A DNA stretch of 64,000 nucleotides from Gammaproteobacteria bacterium (GTDB taxonomy: Bacteria > Pseudomonadota > Gammaproteobacteria > SZUA-229), in NCBI GenBank assembly GCA_013041745.1, contig JABDRN010000035.1, positions 35,036 through 99,035 of the forward strand, read 5' to 3'. Each line of letters starts with the position of its first letter. Position 1 is the first letter of the stretch. The notes beneath the pieces are model-generated. The model was not told the origin of the DNA and searched no databases. It was given only the letters and a program-made list of their open reading frames with translations. A program made the translations under genes and the position numbers. Of this stretch, positions 42,036-52,185 are shown one piece after another.

Positions 42036-45000
42036 TGAGGGGAACTATAAATTACTGGGTCGGAATCACCCTGCTGATCTCTGTTATCAGCTTCCTTTTC
42101 TACAAGAGCATCTTTAGTGAACTGCCACTTAATGAGACTCTCTCGACTATCGAAGAGATACAGGATCTTCAGGTACAGCTGCATCGCGATCTGTTGCGAT
42201 ACAGGAGCAACCAGATCCAGCAGTATGATACCCTCAACATCACTCTGAATGAACTTGAGTGGAATATTTACAACCTCAGCAACAGCAGTGTTGCAATAGA
42301 AGAGATCGGTAGCGAAACAGTAACAGACATAGAAAGAACTATCACACAACAGTCAGAGCTGGTGGAAGACTTCAAGACACACCATTCGATTCTACGCAAC
42401 TCGTTATTCTATATATTCAAGGTAAGTACGGACCTCTATTCCAGAAAACCAAAAACCGCGTCCAAAGAACAGTTGCGCATCACCGCTGAACTCATAACGC
42501 TATTACTGGAATACAGCGAGAACCCTGAGAACAGTATCGCTAATAAAATATATCCATTGATCGATGTATTAAATCTCGACCCAGACACGGATACGAAAGC
42601 TCTGATCAATCACAGCTTGATGATCATCGAGCGATTACCTGAGATCGATAATATCCTCGATCAGTTCAATTCACTCAATGTCGAGAACCAGATAATCTCG
42701 TTGAAAAGTAATGTAAGCGAACTCAGCAACAAACAGAACGACTATGCTCAGACCTTCAATCTATTATTGTTCATCTGCACCATATATCTCATTTTTTATA
42801 TATTGTATATATTCATCACATTACGTAAAAACGAAGCAGAGTTATCAAAGACTAATGAAAAGTTAAACGAGGAGATCAATCACAGGACACGCACAGAAAA
42901 AGCTCTTTACCAGTTAGTCTCTATCGATAAGAACAGCAGTACCAACAATGATGAGGACCGGATACTGTTTCTTTTAAATGCATTGTGTAAAGCCCTTGAT
43001 GTCGAATACGCCTACCTGACAAAGGTCAACCAGTCTACTATGATTGCTGAGGTGGTCGGTATGCTCGATCATGGTATATTCAGCAGCAACATCACATATA
43101 CAATTGCAAACACCCCATGTGAAGACGTCGTTAATAATGGCCGACTGGTACACAACCGCGATTTCTCTAATTATTTTCCCGACTGTAGCGACGGACTGTT
43201 AAAAGAAGCTGTAAGCTATATCGGGATAAGCCTCAAAGACAGTAATGAGAATGTCATAGGCATGATTGCCATAGCAAGCAGTTCGCCCATAAGTGATACC
43301 ACACTTGCAGAGAATATTCTGACCATCGCGACTTCGCGCGCCATCATAGAACTTGATCGCCAGATAGAGCTCAACAATGAAAAACGATACCAGCAGGGAC
43401 TGAAACTTATCGATGACTGGATAGCGCGCCTGATCACTGAGGGTTACGACAGTAACGCATTCTTTAAAAACATATGTCAGGCAGCACAGGAGATCACCTG
43501 TTCACAATTAGCCGCTTTTCCTGTGATCGATAATGATGCTGAAACCTACCGTTTTCTCGCCGCATGTGGCCTACAATCTGAGGAACTCGAATTTACCACT
43601 ATGGAAATATCTGATGGCGGGCTCTGTGCATGGACGATATTAAAAAATCAAAACCTGCTTATTAATGATGTGTTATCAGACACACGTGCACAGAAAGAGT
43701 TATCCAAACAATTCAATATCAAATCCGCATTACTGACACCAGTCACCATAAAAGACAAACCCTATGGTGCCATAGCGGTATTTCGTGCATATGATGAATA
43801 TGACGAGATCGATGAACAACTGATCACACAGTTCAGCCAAAGCGTTCAGATGGCTATTATCAATATGCAGCTTGTCAGTGACATGAAGTCCGAGCGAGAA
43901 CGCGCTGAAGTAACCCTGCACTCGATAGGTGACGCGGTGATTACCACTAACGTAAACGGCAATATAGAATACATGAACCATGTCGCTGAATCACTTACCG
44001 CGTGGAAACTCAACGAGGCCAAGAACAAGGCGGTACAGGATGTATTCAGGATCGAAGACCTGGACACCGGCGAACCGATACATGATGTCGTAAAATCATG
44101 CCTGTATGATGGCATCACTATCAAAAAGAGCATACTTAGTCTGATCAGTAGAAATGGAAACAGCAAGTTCATCGAAAGCTCGATATCACCTATCCTTAAA
44201 ACCTCCGGTAAAGCTGAAGGTGTTGTCATCGTATTTCATGATGAAACACAACGACAACAACTGGAGAGCACTATCAAGCACCAGGCTGCTCATGACCCGC
44301 TGACAAACCTGCTCAACCGAGACGCTTTTGATGTCGAGTTATCCGACCATGTGTATGATGCTAAAAACAATGACAACCATCACATACTCTGTTACCTGGA
44401 TCTCAACAGGTTCAAACTGATCAATGATACGGCAGGTCATATAGCTGGTGACCAATGCCTCATACAGGTCACGACATTGATCGAATCATTCATCAGGAAC
44501 GATGATGTACTGAGCAGGCTCGGTGGCGATGAGTTCGGCCTGATATTAAAGAACTGCACACAGGACAATGCACTTAAAATCACAAACAAGATATCTCAGG
44601 CTATTTCTGAGATGAAATTCAGCTGGGAAGGATGTGATTACAGCCTTGGTGTCAGTATAGGCATAAACCCACTGAGCAAGAATACACAGGATGCTGCAGA
44701 TGCAATCAGGAAGGCTGACCTTGCATGCTATACAGCTAAAGATCAGGGAAAGAGCATGATCTATATCTATGAAGAAGAAGATAGTGAACTGATACGTCGC
44801 CAGGAGGAATCATACTGGGCGACCCGTATCACAGAAGCGATAGAAAACGACCGTCTACAGTTATTCGCTCAGCCCATAATATCCCTGAAGAATAAGGAAT
44901 CGCAACAGAAACACGTGGAGATCCTCGTTCGTCTTCTCAATGAGGATAATCAACTCATCCCGCCGAGTGCTTTTATCCCTGCTGCCGAACGATACAACCT

Positions 45001-45613
45001 GATGCACCTGATCGACAGAAAGATCATCAAAGAGACTTTCTCGTTCATACACAAGCACTCTCATAAAGATGAAAATATTACCCACTACTCGATCAACCTT
45101 TCAGGCAACACGATTGATGACAAAGGCATCGTCGAATACATCGATGACATCGCCGAGAGCCATGAGATCAACCGCAGGCTTATCTGCTTCGAGATCACCG
45201 AAACTGCCGCAATAAAAAACCTGAACAAGGCCAAAAAACTTATCAAAAAGCTCAAAGCCAGCGGATTCAAATTTGCACTGGATGATTTTGGCAGTGGCCT
45301 GTCTTCATTTCAGTACCTCAAGAACCTTCCTGTCGACTACCTGAAGATAGATGGCGGCTTCGTATCTGACATGGTCAACAATAAGATCGACCATGCCATG
45401 GTTACCGCGATCAATGAAGTCGGACATGTCATGGGTATCAAGACGATAGCCGAATATGTTGAGAACGAACAGATCATACAAAAACTGCGAGAACTCAATG
45501 TTGATTACGGTCAGGGCTATGGTATCGAGCAACCTAAACCAATAAATGAGATCCTTACATTCAGCAAGGTCAAAAAGTCACCTCCTCTTAAGATCATTCA
45601 CAATAAACCTTGA
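42032..45613 (+). CDS. Membrane sensor with an all-helical periplasmic domain, GAF x2, PAS, GGDEF and EAL (c-di-GMP turnover)
   Basis: TM1 YWVGITLLISVISFLFY and TM2 FNLLLFICTIYLIFYILYIFITL flank about 215 helical residues. The GGDEF domain has RLGGDEF with an RNDD I-site. The EAL domain has EILVRL, FEITET, DDFGSGLSSF, KIDGGF and QGYG. ATGA overlap with the peroxidase gene. Confidence 0.85.
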   Translation: MMRGTINYWVGITLLISVISFLFYKSIFSELPLNETLSTIEEIQDLQVQLHRDLLRYRSNQIQQYDTLNITLNELEWNIYNLSNSSVAIEEIGSETVTDIERTITQQSELVEDFKTHHSILRNSLFYIFKVSTDLYSRKPKTASKEQLRITAELITLLLEYSENPENSIANKIYPLIDVLNLDPDTDTKALINHSLMIIERLPEIDNILDQFNSLNVENQIISLKSNVSELSNKQNDYAQTFNLLLFICTIYLIFYILYIFITLRKNEAELSKTNEKLNEEINHRTRTEKALYQLVSIDKNSSTNNDEDRILFLLNALCKALDVEYAYLTKVNQSTMIAEVVGMLDHGIFSSNITYTIANTPCEDVVNNGRLVHNRDFSNYFPDCSDGLLKEAVSYIGISLKDSNENVIGMIAIASSSPISDTTLAENILTIATSRAIIELDRQIELNNEKRYQQGLKLIDDWIARLITEGYDSNAFFKNICQAAQEITCSQLAAFPVIDNDAETYRFLAACGLQSEELEFTTMEISDGGLCAWTILKNQNLLINDVLSDTRAQKELSKQFNIKSALLTPVTIKDKPYGAIAVFRAYDEYDEIDEQLITQFSQSVQMAIINMQLVSDMKSERERAEVTLHSIGDAVITTNVNGNIEYMNHVAESLTAWKLNEAKNKAVQDVFRIEDLDTGEPIHDVVKSCLYDGITIKKSILSLISRNGNSKFIESSISPILKTSGKAEGVVIVFHDETQRQQLESTIKHQAAHDPLTNLLNRDAFDVELSDHVYDAKNNDNHHILCYLDLNRFKLINDTAGHIAGDQCLIQVTTLIESFIRNDDVLSRLGGDEFGLILKNCTQDNALKITNKISQAISEMKFSWEGCDYSLGVSIGINPLSKNTQDAADAIRKADLACYTAKDQGKSMIYIYEEEDSELIRRQEESYWATRITEAIENDRLQLFAQPIISLKNKESQQKHVEILVRLLNEDNQLIPPSAFIPAAERYNLMHLIDRKIIKETFSFIHKHSHKDENITHYSINLSGNTIDDKGIVEYIDDIAESHEINRRLICFEITETAAIKNLNKAKKLIKKLKASGFKFALDDFGSGLSSFQYLKNLPVDYLKIDGGFVSDMVNNKIDHAMVTAINEVGHVMGIKTIAEYVENEQIIQKLRELNVDYGQGYGIEQPKPINEILTFSKVKKSPPLKIIHNKP

Positions 45614-47533
45614 CGGACTGAGGTAGTCCAGGACAGCCTTGCCGACAGGAATCGGAGAACCATCGATCAACGATGCGACAATTTCGGCAGAGAGAAAGCA
45701 GCTGGTAAAACCTCGCGAGCCGTGGGCAGCGGAGATATAGAGGCCTGTAACATAAGCTGCACTATGGTAAACACTGGTTTTACTACCATGCCTGATATCT
45801 GCATATTCTTTTTCGTAGAATGATACATCAGGTACAGCCCCGACTATCGGCGCCCTGTCTTTTGAAACAGTGCGAAATCCTACCCATGCCTCACAACAAT
45901 CATCCTGCTTAAACATATCAGGGTAAATATTTTTTAATGACTCTAACAGTTCCTTAGTATCTTCCTGCTCGGCAGCAGCATTTAAGTTTTCCCTGCTATA
46001 TGTCGCTCCGAGGTAATGTTTATTCTCGATCGCAGGGGTGATATGAACTTCATCGTTGCGTGTCTTTTTGATCTGAGTTGATGCATCATTAGCATTCAAT
46101 ACGACCACCTGACCACGTACTATCTCTACCGGGTATGCTGGTGATAACCCAAGATCATTTACCCCACTACCATTGGCCACAATCAACACATCATCCTTCT
46201 GGATGCTTGCAGTATCACTGCAACAATGCCACCTGCCATGATAGAAAGCGACCTCATCGACATCTGCTTCGATCATCTTCAATTTGTCGCCACATTGATC
46301 TTTGAGCACATCACACAAGATTGCCGGCAACACTACACCTGCAGAGACATAATCAACCATCACCTTGCCTGCATTGTCAGCAGCATCTGACTTAGAGATA
46401 TATTCTTTGTTAAATCCAAAGCTATCTAATATTTTACTTATCCTCGATTCATCAAAAGTTTGCAGCAGTCCGTCGTCATACCAGAATTTTCTCTTGCTTG
46501 TCTTCTGCAGACGTTGCAGGACGTAAAGTGCATGGCAATAGGCAGATGTATAAAACGCCATATCGATATCATTATTCACTGATAAGCGTGGGTAGACAAT
46601 CGGAGCCGGATTGGATGATGCGGCCTTCATGATCTCATTATGTTTATCGATGATTGTGACAGACCAGTCTCTCTGCACAAGGCTGTAGGCAAGACTTAAT
46701 CCAGCTATGCCTGCGCCGATGATTGTCGCAGTTTTAGCCGGACTATCTAGCCTGGCCGGTCGTTTAAACCATGGCTTTTCTTGGTATCGTAGAAGCGGAG
46801 CATCTTTATCCGCCGCTTCTACAGCAGGCAACCTGGCCACAAGCATTTCTCGTTTTTTGCCATAGCCACTCACCTTCTCTGTGATGAATCCGGCTTGCTG
46901 CAAATTACGCTTCACCGATCCCGCTGCGGTATAAGTGCTACAGGTAGCACCGCCACGACTGTTCAGCGAAAGCTTCGAAAACACCTCCGCGGACCACATC
47001 GCCGGATTTTTAGCAGGCGAAAAGCCATCGAGATACCATGCATCCACATATGCTGCTTCATCATCAAGCGCATCCTTAACATCCATGAATTTGAAATAGA
47101 TGACCACACGGTTATCAAACAGACTTCTTCTATGCGTCGCCTCAATAGCTGGCGGATAGTTTTCGACAAGTTCGTCACTGTATGGCTTCAGCTCCGGATA
47201 GCGCGACATCAATTCAGTTATGCAAGCTGGAGATAGCGGGTGTTTTTCTATTGCTATGTAATGCAGCGTCTTCCTGCTGTTGCTGGCAGCACAATGATTC
47301 AGCCATTCACGTATGGTGAGAATACAGTTCAGGCCGCTGCCAAAGCCAAGCTCTGCAATTACAAAATCATCACGCGAGGTCCAGCGCTGCGGCAGGCCAT
47401 TGTGTTTGAAGAAAACGTGATTGAATTCGCTCTCACCAGAAACAGTCTCATCGTCATCTGATGAATAGTAGATATCATCAAACAGGCTGCTATATGGCTG
47501 CCCATCGCGCCAGATAATTTTTGTGAACTGCAT
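45578..47533 (-). CDS. mnmC: Bifunctional tRNA (mnm5s2U34) methyltransferase / FAD-dependent cmnm5s2U34 oxidoreductase
   Basis: N-terminus IWRDGQPYSSLFDDIYYS, SAM motif ELGFGSGLN, and FAD motif IIGAGIAGLS. 651 aa. Confidence 0.9.
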   Translation of the reverse strand: MQFTKIIWRDGQPYSSLFDDIYYSSDDDETVSGESEFNHVFFKHNGLPQRWTSRDDFVIAELGFGSGLNCILTIREWLNHCAASNSRKTLHYIAIEKHPLSPACITELMSRYPELKPYSDELVENYPPAIEATHRRSLFDNRVVIYFKFMDVKDALDDEAAYVDAWYLDGFSPAKNPAMWSAEVFSKLSLNSRGGATCSTYTAAGSVKRNLQQAGFITEKVSGYGKKREMLVARLPAVEAADKDAPLLRYQEKPWFKRPARLDSPAKTATIIGAGIAGLSLAYSLVQRDWSVTIIDKHNEIMKAASSNPAPIVYPRLSVNNDIDMAFYTSAYCHALYVLQRLQKTSKRKFWYDDGLLQTFDESRISKILDSFGFNKEYISKSDAADNAGKVMVDYVSAGVVLPAILCDVLKDQCGDKLKMIEADVDEVAFYHGRWHCCSDTASIQKDDVLIVANGSGVNDLGLSPAYPVEIVRGQVVVLNANDASTQIKKTRNDEVHITPAIENKHYLGATYSRENLNAAAEQEDTKELLESLKNIYPDMFKQDDCCEAWVGFRTVSKDRAPIVGAVPDVSFYEKEYADIRHGSKTSVYHSAAYVTGLYISAAHGSRGFTSCFLSAEIVASLIDGSPIPVGKAVLDYLSPSRFIVNDLKRR

Positions 47534-47594
47534 GTAGCCTACAGGAGTTGGGAGAAGTAAAATGAGCGACTAATTTTAAGGGTGTTACCAGATA

Positions 47595-48347
47595 ATGCAA
47601 TCTACAGACGAAATGATCAATAAAGTCATACTCATCACTGGTGCCAGTGACGGTATAGGTAAAGCGACAGCCATCGAGTGTGCCAGACAGGGAGCCACGG
47701 TAATCATCCATGGCAAAACCGTTCCAAAACTTGAACTACTATACGACGAGATCATAAAGGCGGGTTACACCGAACCAGTTATCTACCCACTGGACCTGGA
47801 AAAGGTCACAGCAGATGACTGCGAGACCTTGAGGGATGTTATCAGCGATGAATTCGGCAAACTTGATGGCCTGTTCAACAATGCCGGCTGGCTCGGTGCG
47901 GCGATGCCTATTCAACAATATGATATCAAGCTATGGTTTCAGGTCATGCAGATCAATCTGAATGCAGCATTCATGCTCACCCAGGCCTGCTTACCTCTAC
48001 TCAACCAGAAAGATCAAAGTTCTATCGTATTCACCCTCGATGACAAGAATACCGCTTACTGGGGTGCATATGGTGTATCTAAAGCCGGCTTACGCTCGAT
48101 GATGGCGATCCTTGCCGACGAAGTCGAAAACACTTCGATAAATGTAACCGGATTGATACCTGGAACCGTTAGAACAAAGCTGAGAACACGTGCATTCCCC
48201 GCTGAAGACCCGACTCAATTAACCAGCCCGGAAGAAGTCGCGCGAGCCGCTGCTTTCCTGCTGAGCAATAAAAACGACCACATCGGCGGAAGATCATCAC
48301 ACGGCAATGTCTTCAAACTGGAGGAACTAGGGGCGGAAATCACCTGA
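47595..48347 (+). CDS. yciK: Short-chain dehydrogenase/reductase, YciK-like
   Basis: TGASDGIG cofactor motif and the YGVSK catalytic motif. 250 aa. Confidence 0.7.
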   Translation: MQSTDEMINKVILITGASDGIGKATAIECARQGATVIIHGKTVPKLELLYDEIIKAGYTEPVIYPLDLEKVTADDCETLRDVISDEFGKLDGLFNNAGWLGAAMPIQQYDIKLWFQVMQINLNAAFMLTQACLPLLNQKDQSSIVFTLDDKNTAYWGAYGVSKAGLRSMMAILADEVENTSINVTGLIPGTVRTKLRTRAFPAEDPTQLTSPEEVARAAAFLLSNKNDHIGGRSSHGNVFKLEELGAEIT

Positions 48348-48378
48348 TTGCTGCGCTAAAACCACGCCTGATGCCGTT

Positions 48379-49107
48379 TTATCCGCTGCCTGCCAGTTTC
48401 TTTTCGAATGCCGGCCTCACCAGCACCAGGAAATATGCTGAGGCTATTCCAGATGCACCAAAAACCATGCACATCACCATGATCTGATACCTGACAGCGA
48501 TAAGCGGTGACACACCGGACAATATCTGACCGGTCATCATTCCGGGTAGTGATACCAGGCCGACAGCAAACAGTGAGTTGGTAACGGGGATCAATGATGA
48601 CTGCAACGCTATCTTGCGGGCTTCATCATACGGTGTATTTCGCCCTATCTCTGCATTCAATCGTTCAGCGGATAGGCTGATACTGTTCATCGCATTGGCA
48701 AAAATCATTCCTGCGATAGGGATCATCGACTGAGGTGAATACCATGGATCCAGTACCATAACTCCCTGAGTAATCATAACAAGGGTAACACCGCCACCGA
48801 CAGTGATCGCCAACAGTGCAAACTTAAATAATTGCGAACGTAGATCAGGAATCGTTCCCAGTGCTATCCAGCTCGATGCAAGTACCATGATAGCCAGGAT
48901 AAGGATGATGATACCGGCGCTGTCAGAGTCAAAGATGTAGCTCAGAAAATAACCGATCAGCAATAACTGAACCAGCATGCGTGATATCGCATACAGCGCA
49001 TTGCTGGAATTAAGTGACCATTTGAACAGGATAGCGATAGTCAGTATTGCTGGCACAAAAGCAATAGACAGATTTACTAACGGTATCGTTTGAATTGATT
49101 CATTCAT
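48379..49107 (-). CDS. fetB: FetB/YbbM-family (UPF0014) ABC-type permease. ATG at 49107 preferred over the TTG at 49125.
   Basis: LVQLLLIGYFLSYIF, IPIAGMIFANAMNS, and VGLVSLPGMMTGQILSGVSPLIAVRYQIMV closely follow E. coli FetB. Confidence 0.8.
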   Translation of the reverse strand: MNESIQTIPLVNLSIAFVPAILTIAILFKWSLNSSNALYAISRMLVQLLLIGYFLSYIFDSDSAGIIILILAIMVLASSWIALGTIPDLRSQLFKFALLAITVGGGVTLVMITQGVMVLDPWYSPQSMIPIAGMIFANAMNSISLSAERLNAEIGRNTPYDEARKIALQSSLIPVTNSLFAVGLVSLPGMMTGQILSGVSPLIAVRYQIMVMCMVFGASGIASAYFLVLVRPAFEKKLAGSG

Positions 49108-49264
49108 GATTTTCAACTTAAACAAAGAAACATTTCGCTTACGTGATGCCGAACAAAGCCAGCCCAGCTGTCAATATAAAATACCACAGCAAGATATCAT
49201 GGCTACAAACCACGATACACATGCAGATATAACAGGTAATGACTTGAAAAATTGATAGAAATAA

Positions 49265-50290
49265 TTAATCCATCAGGTTGACTTCGATACCCTGCTCTCG
49301 TAAGTGGTCGGCACGTTGGTCAACATAACGCTGAAAGTTACTCTGTGTCTTATAAGTACCACTGGAAACATAATCCATTACAGACTGTATATGGAAGGAT
49401 TTCAGGTAAGCATCTGACCTGAATACTTCGCTACTACTCTCATCAAAAAACAGCAGGCTCGGTGCATATTTAACATCCAGTTTTTTTGCCCAGTCACGTA
49501 TTTTCATGTTGTCGCCAGACGGGGTTTTTATCTCCCGGTCAGACCACATATCAAGCACCACAACGTCAAATTTTGACAACAGTTCAACAGTCTCTTTACG
49601 CTTGACTATATCCAGGTGCAGTTCATCACAGGGACTGCATTTTTTTTGCTCAAACATTACCAGCAAGGGTTTAACTGTTTTGCTCAGATCATCAATAGAT
49701 GCGACGCTGTTGATGTCATCATGCAGGCGACCGGTAGCAGGCTGAGGATTTACTTTTTCCATGTAATCCTGGTAGCTGATAGTCTTCTCCTGTTTGCTGC
49801 CAATATAATCAAGAAGTGCGCTGAATTTTTCCGGCGGATAATACCCATTTGCTCGGAACACTATCTTGTTCTTCTCATCGAAGAACAGCAGGGTTGGCGT
49901 ATATTGAACCTTAAGTGCCTCGGCAAATTGTTTCTCAGTGTACTGTTTATCTCCAACGTAAACCTCTCTATCTCCCCACAGGTTGATAGCGACCACATCG
50001 AAATATTGCTGTGTTTTTTCAGCGATCTCACGCTGAGAGAAGTTTTCTTCGAGCAGGATCTTGCAGTATGGACAACCGTCCTGGTAATAGTAAACCATCA
50101 GGCGTTTATTATTACTGGCAGCATCTTCGATATCCTCGAACAGGTCAAGAAAGGTTACTTTGAACCAGTCCGGGTGTTCTTCATAGCCTGGATTGACCAT
50201 GCCGGGATTGAGCACACCTTCAGAGCTGGCATGAGCGGAAGAAACATGTAAGGTCAAAACGATCAACAGCAAAGAAAAGATATTTTTCAT
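49265..50290 (-). CDS. Secreted protein with two thioredoxin-fold modules
   Basis: Has a signal peptide. The first module carries CPYC and the second carries CSPC. Each is followed by a W(G/S)DRE and YxPxLLFFDE pattern, which indicates an internal duplication. Confidence 0.65.
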   Translation of the reverse strand: MKNIFSLLLIVLTLHVSSAHASSEGVLNPGMVNPGYEEHPDWFKVTFLDLFEDIEDAASNNKRLMVYYYQDGCPYCKILLEENFSQREIAEKTQQYFDVVAINLWGDREVYVGDKQYTEKQFAEALKVQYTPTLLFFDEKNKIVFRANGYYPPEKFSALLDYIGSKQEKTISYQDYMEKVNPQPATGRLHDDINSVASIDDLSKTVKPLLVMFEQKKCSPCDELHLDIVKRKETVELLSKFDVVVLDMWSDREIKTPSGDNMKIRDWAKKLDVKYAPSLLFFDESSSEVFRSDAYLKSFHIQSVMDYVSSGTYKTQSNFQRYVDQRADHLREQGIEVNLMD

Positions 50291-50352
50291 AGAGAGACCT
50301 CAGACTTGGCATAGGCACTGATCATCGAGAAGATACATATCAGCATCGTTAA

Positions 50353-51306
50353 TCAGCGCTTCTTGTTAACGTTTGATTGTAATGACTGCTGCTTTTTTCG
50401 CAAGCCATCATTCTGCTTATGACCGCTTTTGGAACGAGAAGTTTTAGCCGAATAAACACTTCCATACTTCTGATTTTTTTTTGATAATTTTTTTGCCCTG
50501 CCAGTCCTTTTTCTTGCTGCCTCATCATGAGATGACGGCCATTCGAGATTGATATATTCAAATAACGATTTAATCTCATCGAGCGATAATTCAACTTTTT
50601 TACCCTGTTTTAATGAGCGTGGCAAAACCTGGTTGGCGTATCGCACACGCATCAGACGGCTGACCCGAACATCCTGTGACTGCCATAGTCGTCGGACTTC
50701 CCGGTTCTTGCCTTCCTTGAGAATAACATGGTACCAGTGATTTGCCCCCTGTCCGCCACTATCGATTATCTTATCGAACTTCATAAAGCCGTCTTCGAGC
50801 TCAACACCTTTAAGCAATCGTTTGATCGTATCTGCAGTAACCTCACCGTTCACCCTCACCGCATATTCTCGTTCGATCTCGTTCGATGGATGCATCAGGT
50901 GGTTTGCCAGCTCTCCATAGTTGGTAAATAACAGCAAGCCGCTAGTATTGATATCCAGGCGTCCGACACTTATCCAGCGCCCCTTGTTTAAGCTGCCGAT
51001 ACTCTCGAATACCGTTCTGCGGCCCTCTTCATCTTTTTGCGTACAGACCTCGCCTTCGGGTTTGTTATAAAGGATGACACGGATACGACCGACATCAGAA
51101 CTGATGACTGCTCGGCGATTACCAATATTAATCTTGTCGCCAGCTTTTACATGATCACCAAGTTTTGCCAACTGGCCATTGATGCGGATCTTCTCTTCGC
51201 CGATCAGGCGCTCGATCTCGCGGCGTGAACCATAACCCATACGGGCCAGCGCTTTCTGTACCCGCTCCTGTTTCTCTTGTTCGGGGCTTACGCGCTGTTC
51301 CGCCAT
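50353..51306 (-). CDS. rluB: 23S rRNA pseudouridine2605 synthase RluB
   Basis: S4 domain (QKALARMGYGSRREIERLI), catalytic motif GRLDINTSGLLLFTN, and a basic C-terminal tail. Confidence 0.9.
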   Translation of the reverse strand: MAEQRVSPEQEKQERVQKALARMGYGSRREIERLIGEEKIRINGQLAKLGDHVKAGDKINIGNRRAVISSDVGRIRVILYNKPEGEVCTQKDEEGRRTVFESIGSLNKGRWISVGRLDINTSGLLLFTNYGELANHLMHPSNEIEREYAVRVNGEVTADTIKRLLKGVELEDGFMKFDKIIDSGGQGANHWYHVILKEGKNREVRRLWQSQDVRVSRLMRVRYANQVLPRSLKQGKKVELSLDEIKSLFEYINLEWPSSHDEAARKRTGRAKKLSKKNQKYGSVYSAKTSRSKSGHKQNDGLRKKQQSLQSNVNKKR

Positions 51307-51351
51307 ATGAATTATTATTTAAGATTTGTATTTTTATATCTGATATGGATA

Positions 51352-52149
51352 TCAGACATTGAAAGCTGATCGAACCGTTTCAGCGTCTTCTTCAACTGAG
51401 TCGTCTTCACTTTCCTGTACCACAGTCTCCAGTTTTTCCAATTCACCCGCGATTTCGCCAGCAGAGTCCGCCTGCCCCGGGTTCGTATCGTCATCCACGG
51501 CTTTTGCAACAACCGCTTCCTCGGCTATAGCATCTGTAGCAGGTTCTTCACCTTCGGAGCCTTCTCCTGGTGTTGCATTGCCGGCATCTTCATCAAGCTC
51601 AAGTTCAGGATGGATACTATCGAGATCTTTTATCTCTGCCAGCGTAGGCAGCTCGTCGAGCTTTTTCAGGTTGAAATAATCGAGAAACTCTTTGGTCGTA
51701 CCGTAAAGTGTCGGTTTACCTGGCACATCTTTGTGACCAAGTACTTTGATCCAGTCGCGTTCCAGCAAGGTCTTGATGATATTCGAGCTAACACTGACAC
51801 CACGTACCTCCTCGATCTCACCGCGAGTGATCGGCTGACGATACGCGATCAGGGCCATGGTTTCCAGCAGTGCTCGTGTATAACGCGCCGGTTTCTCCTC
51901 CCATAAACGGCCGACCCATATCGAGAATTCCTGCTTCACCTGAAGCCGGTATCCACTGGCCACCTGTTTCAGTTCAAAACCCCTAGATTGATAGTCTTCT
52001 TCCATCTCATGCAGAGCCTGTCGAATCTCGTCACGTGTCGGACGCTCTTCATCGAGTTCGAACAGGGCTTCCAGCTGAACCACGGTAAGAGTGCGCTCAG
52101 TAGCCAGCAGTACCGCTTCAAGAATATTTTTAAGTTTATTGATTTCCAT
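51352..52149 (-). CDS. scpB: Segregation and condensation protein B
   Basis: ILEAVLLATERTLTVVQLEALF, ALIAYRQPITRGEIEEVRGV, and an acidic C-terminus. Follows scpA. Confidence 0.85.
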   Translation of the reverse strand: MEINKLKNILEAVLLATERTLTVVQLEALFELDEERPTRDEIRQALHEMEEDYQSRGFELKQVASGYRLQVKQEFSIWVGRLWEEKPARYTRALLETMALIAYRQPITRGEIEEVRGVSVSSNIIKTLLERDWIKVLGHKDVPGKPTLYGTTKEFLDYFNLKKLDELPTLAEIKDLDSIHPELELDEDAGNATPGEGSEGEEPATDAIAEEAVVAKAVDDDTNPGQADSAGEIAGELEKLETVVQESEDDSVEEDAETVRSAFNV

Positions 52150-52185
52150 GATTCACCTATTTACTTTCTTATTATTCAGCCACAG

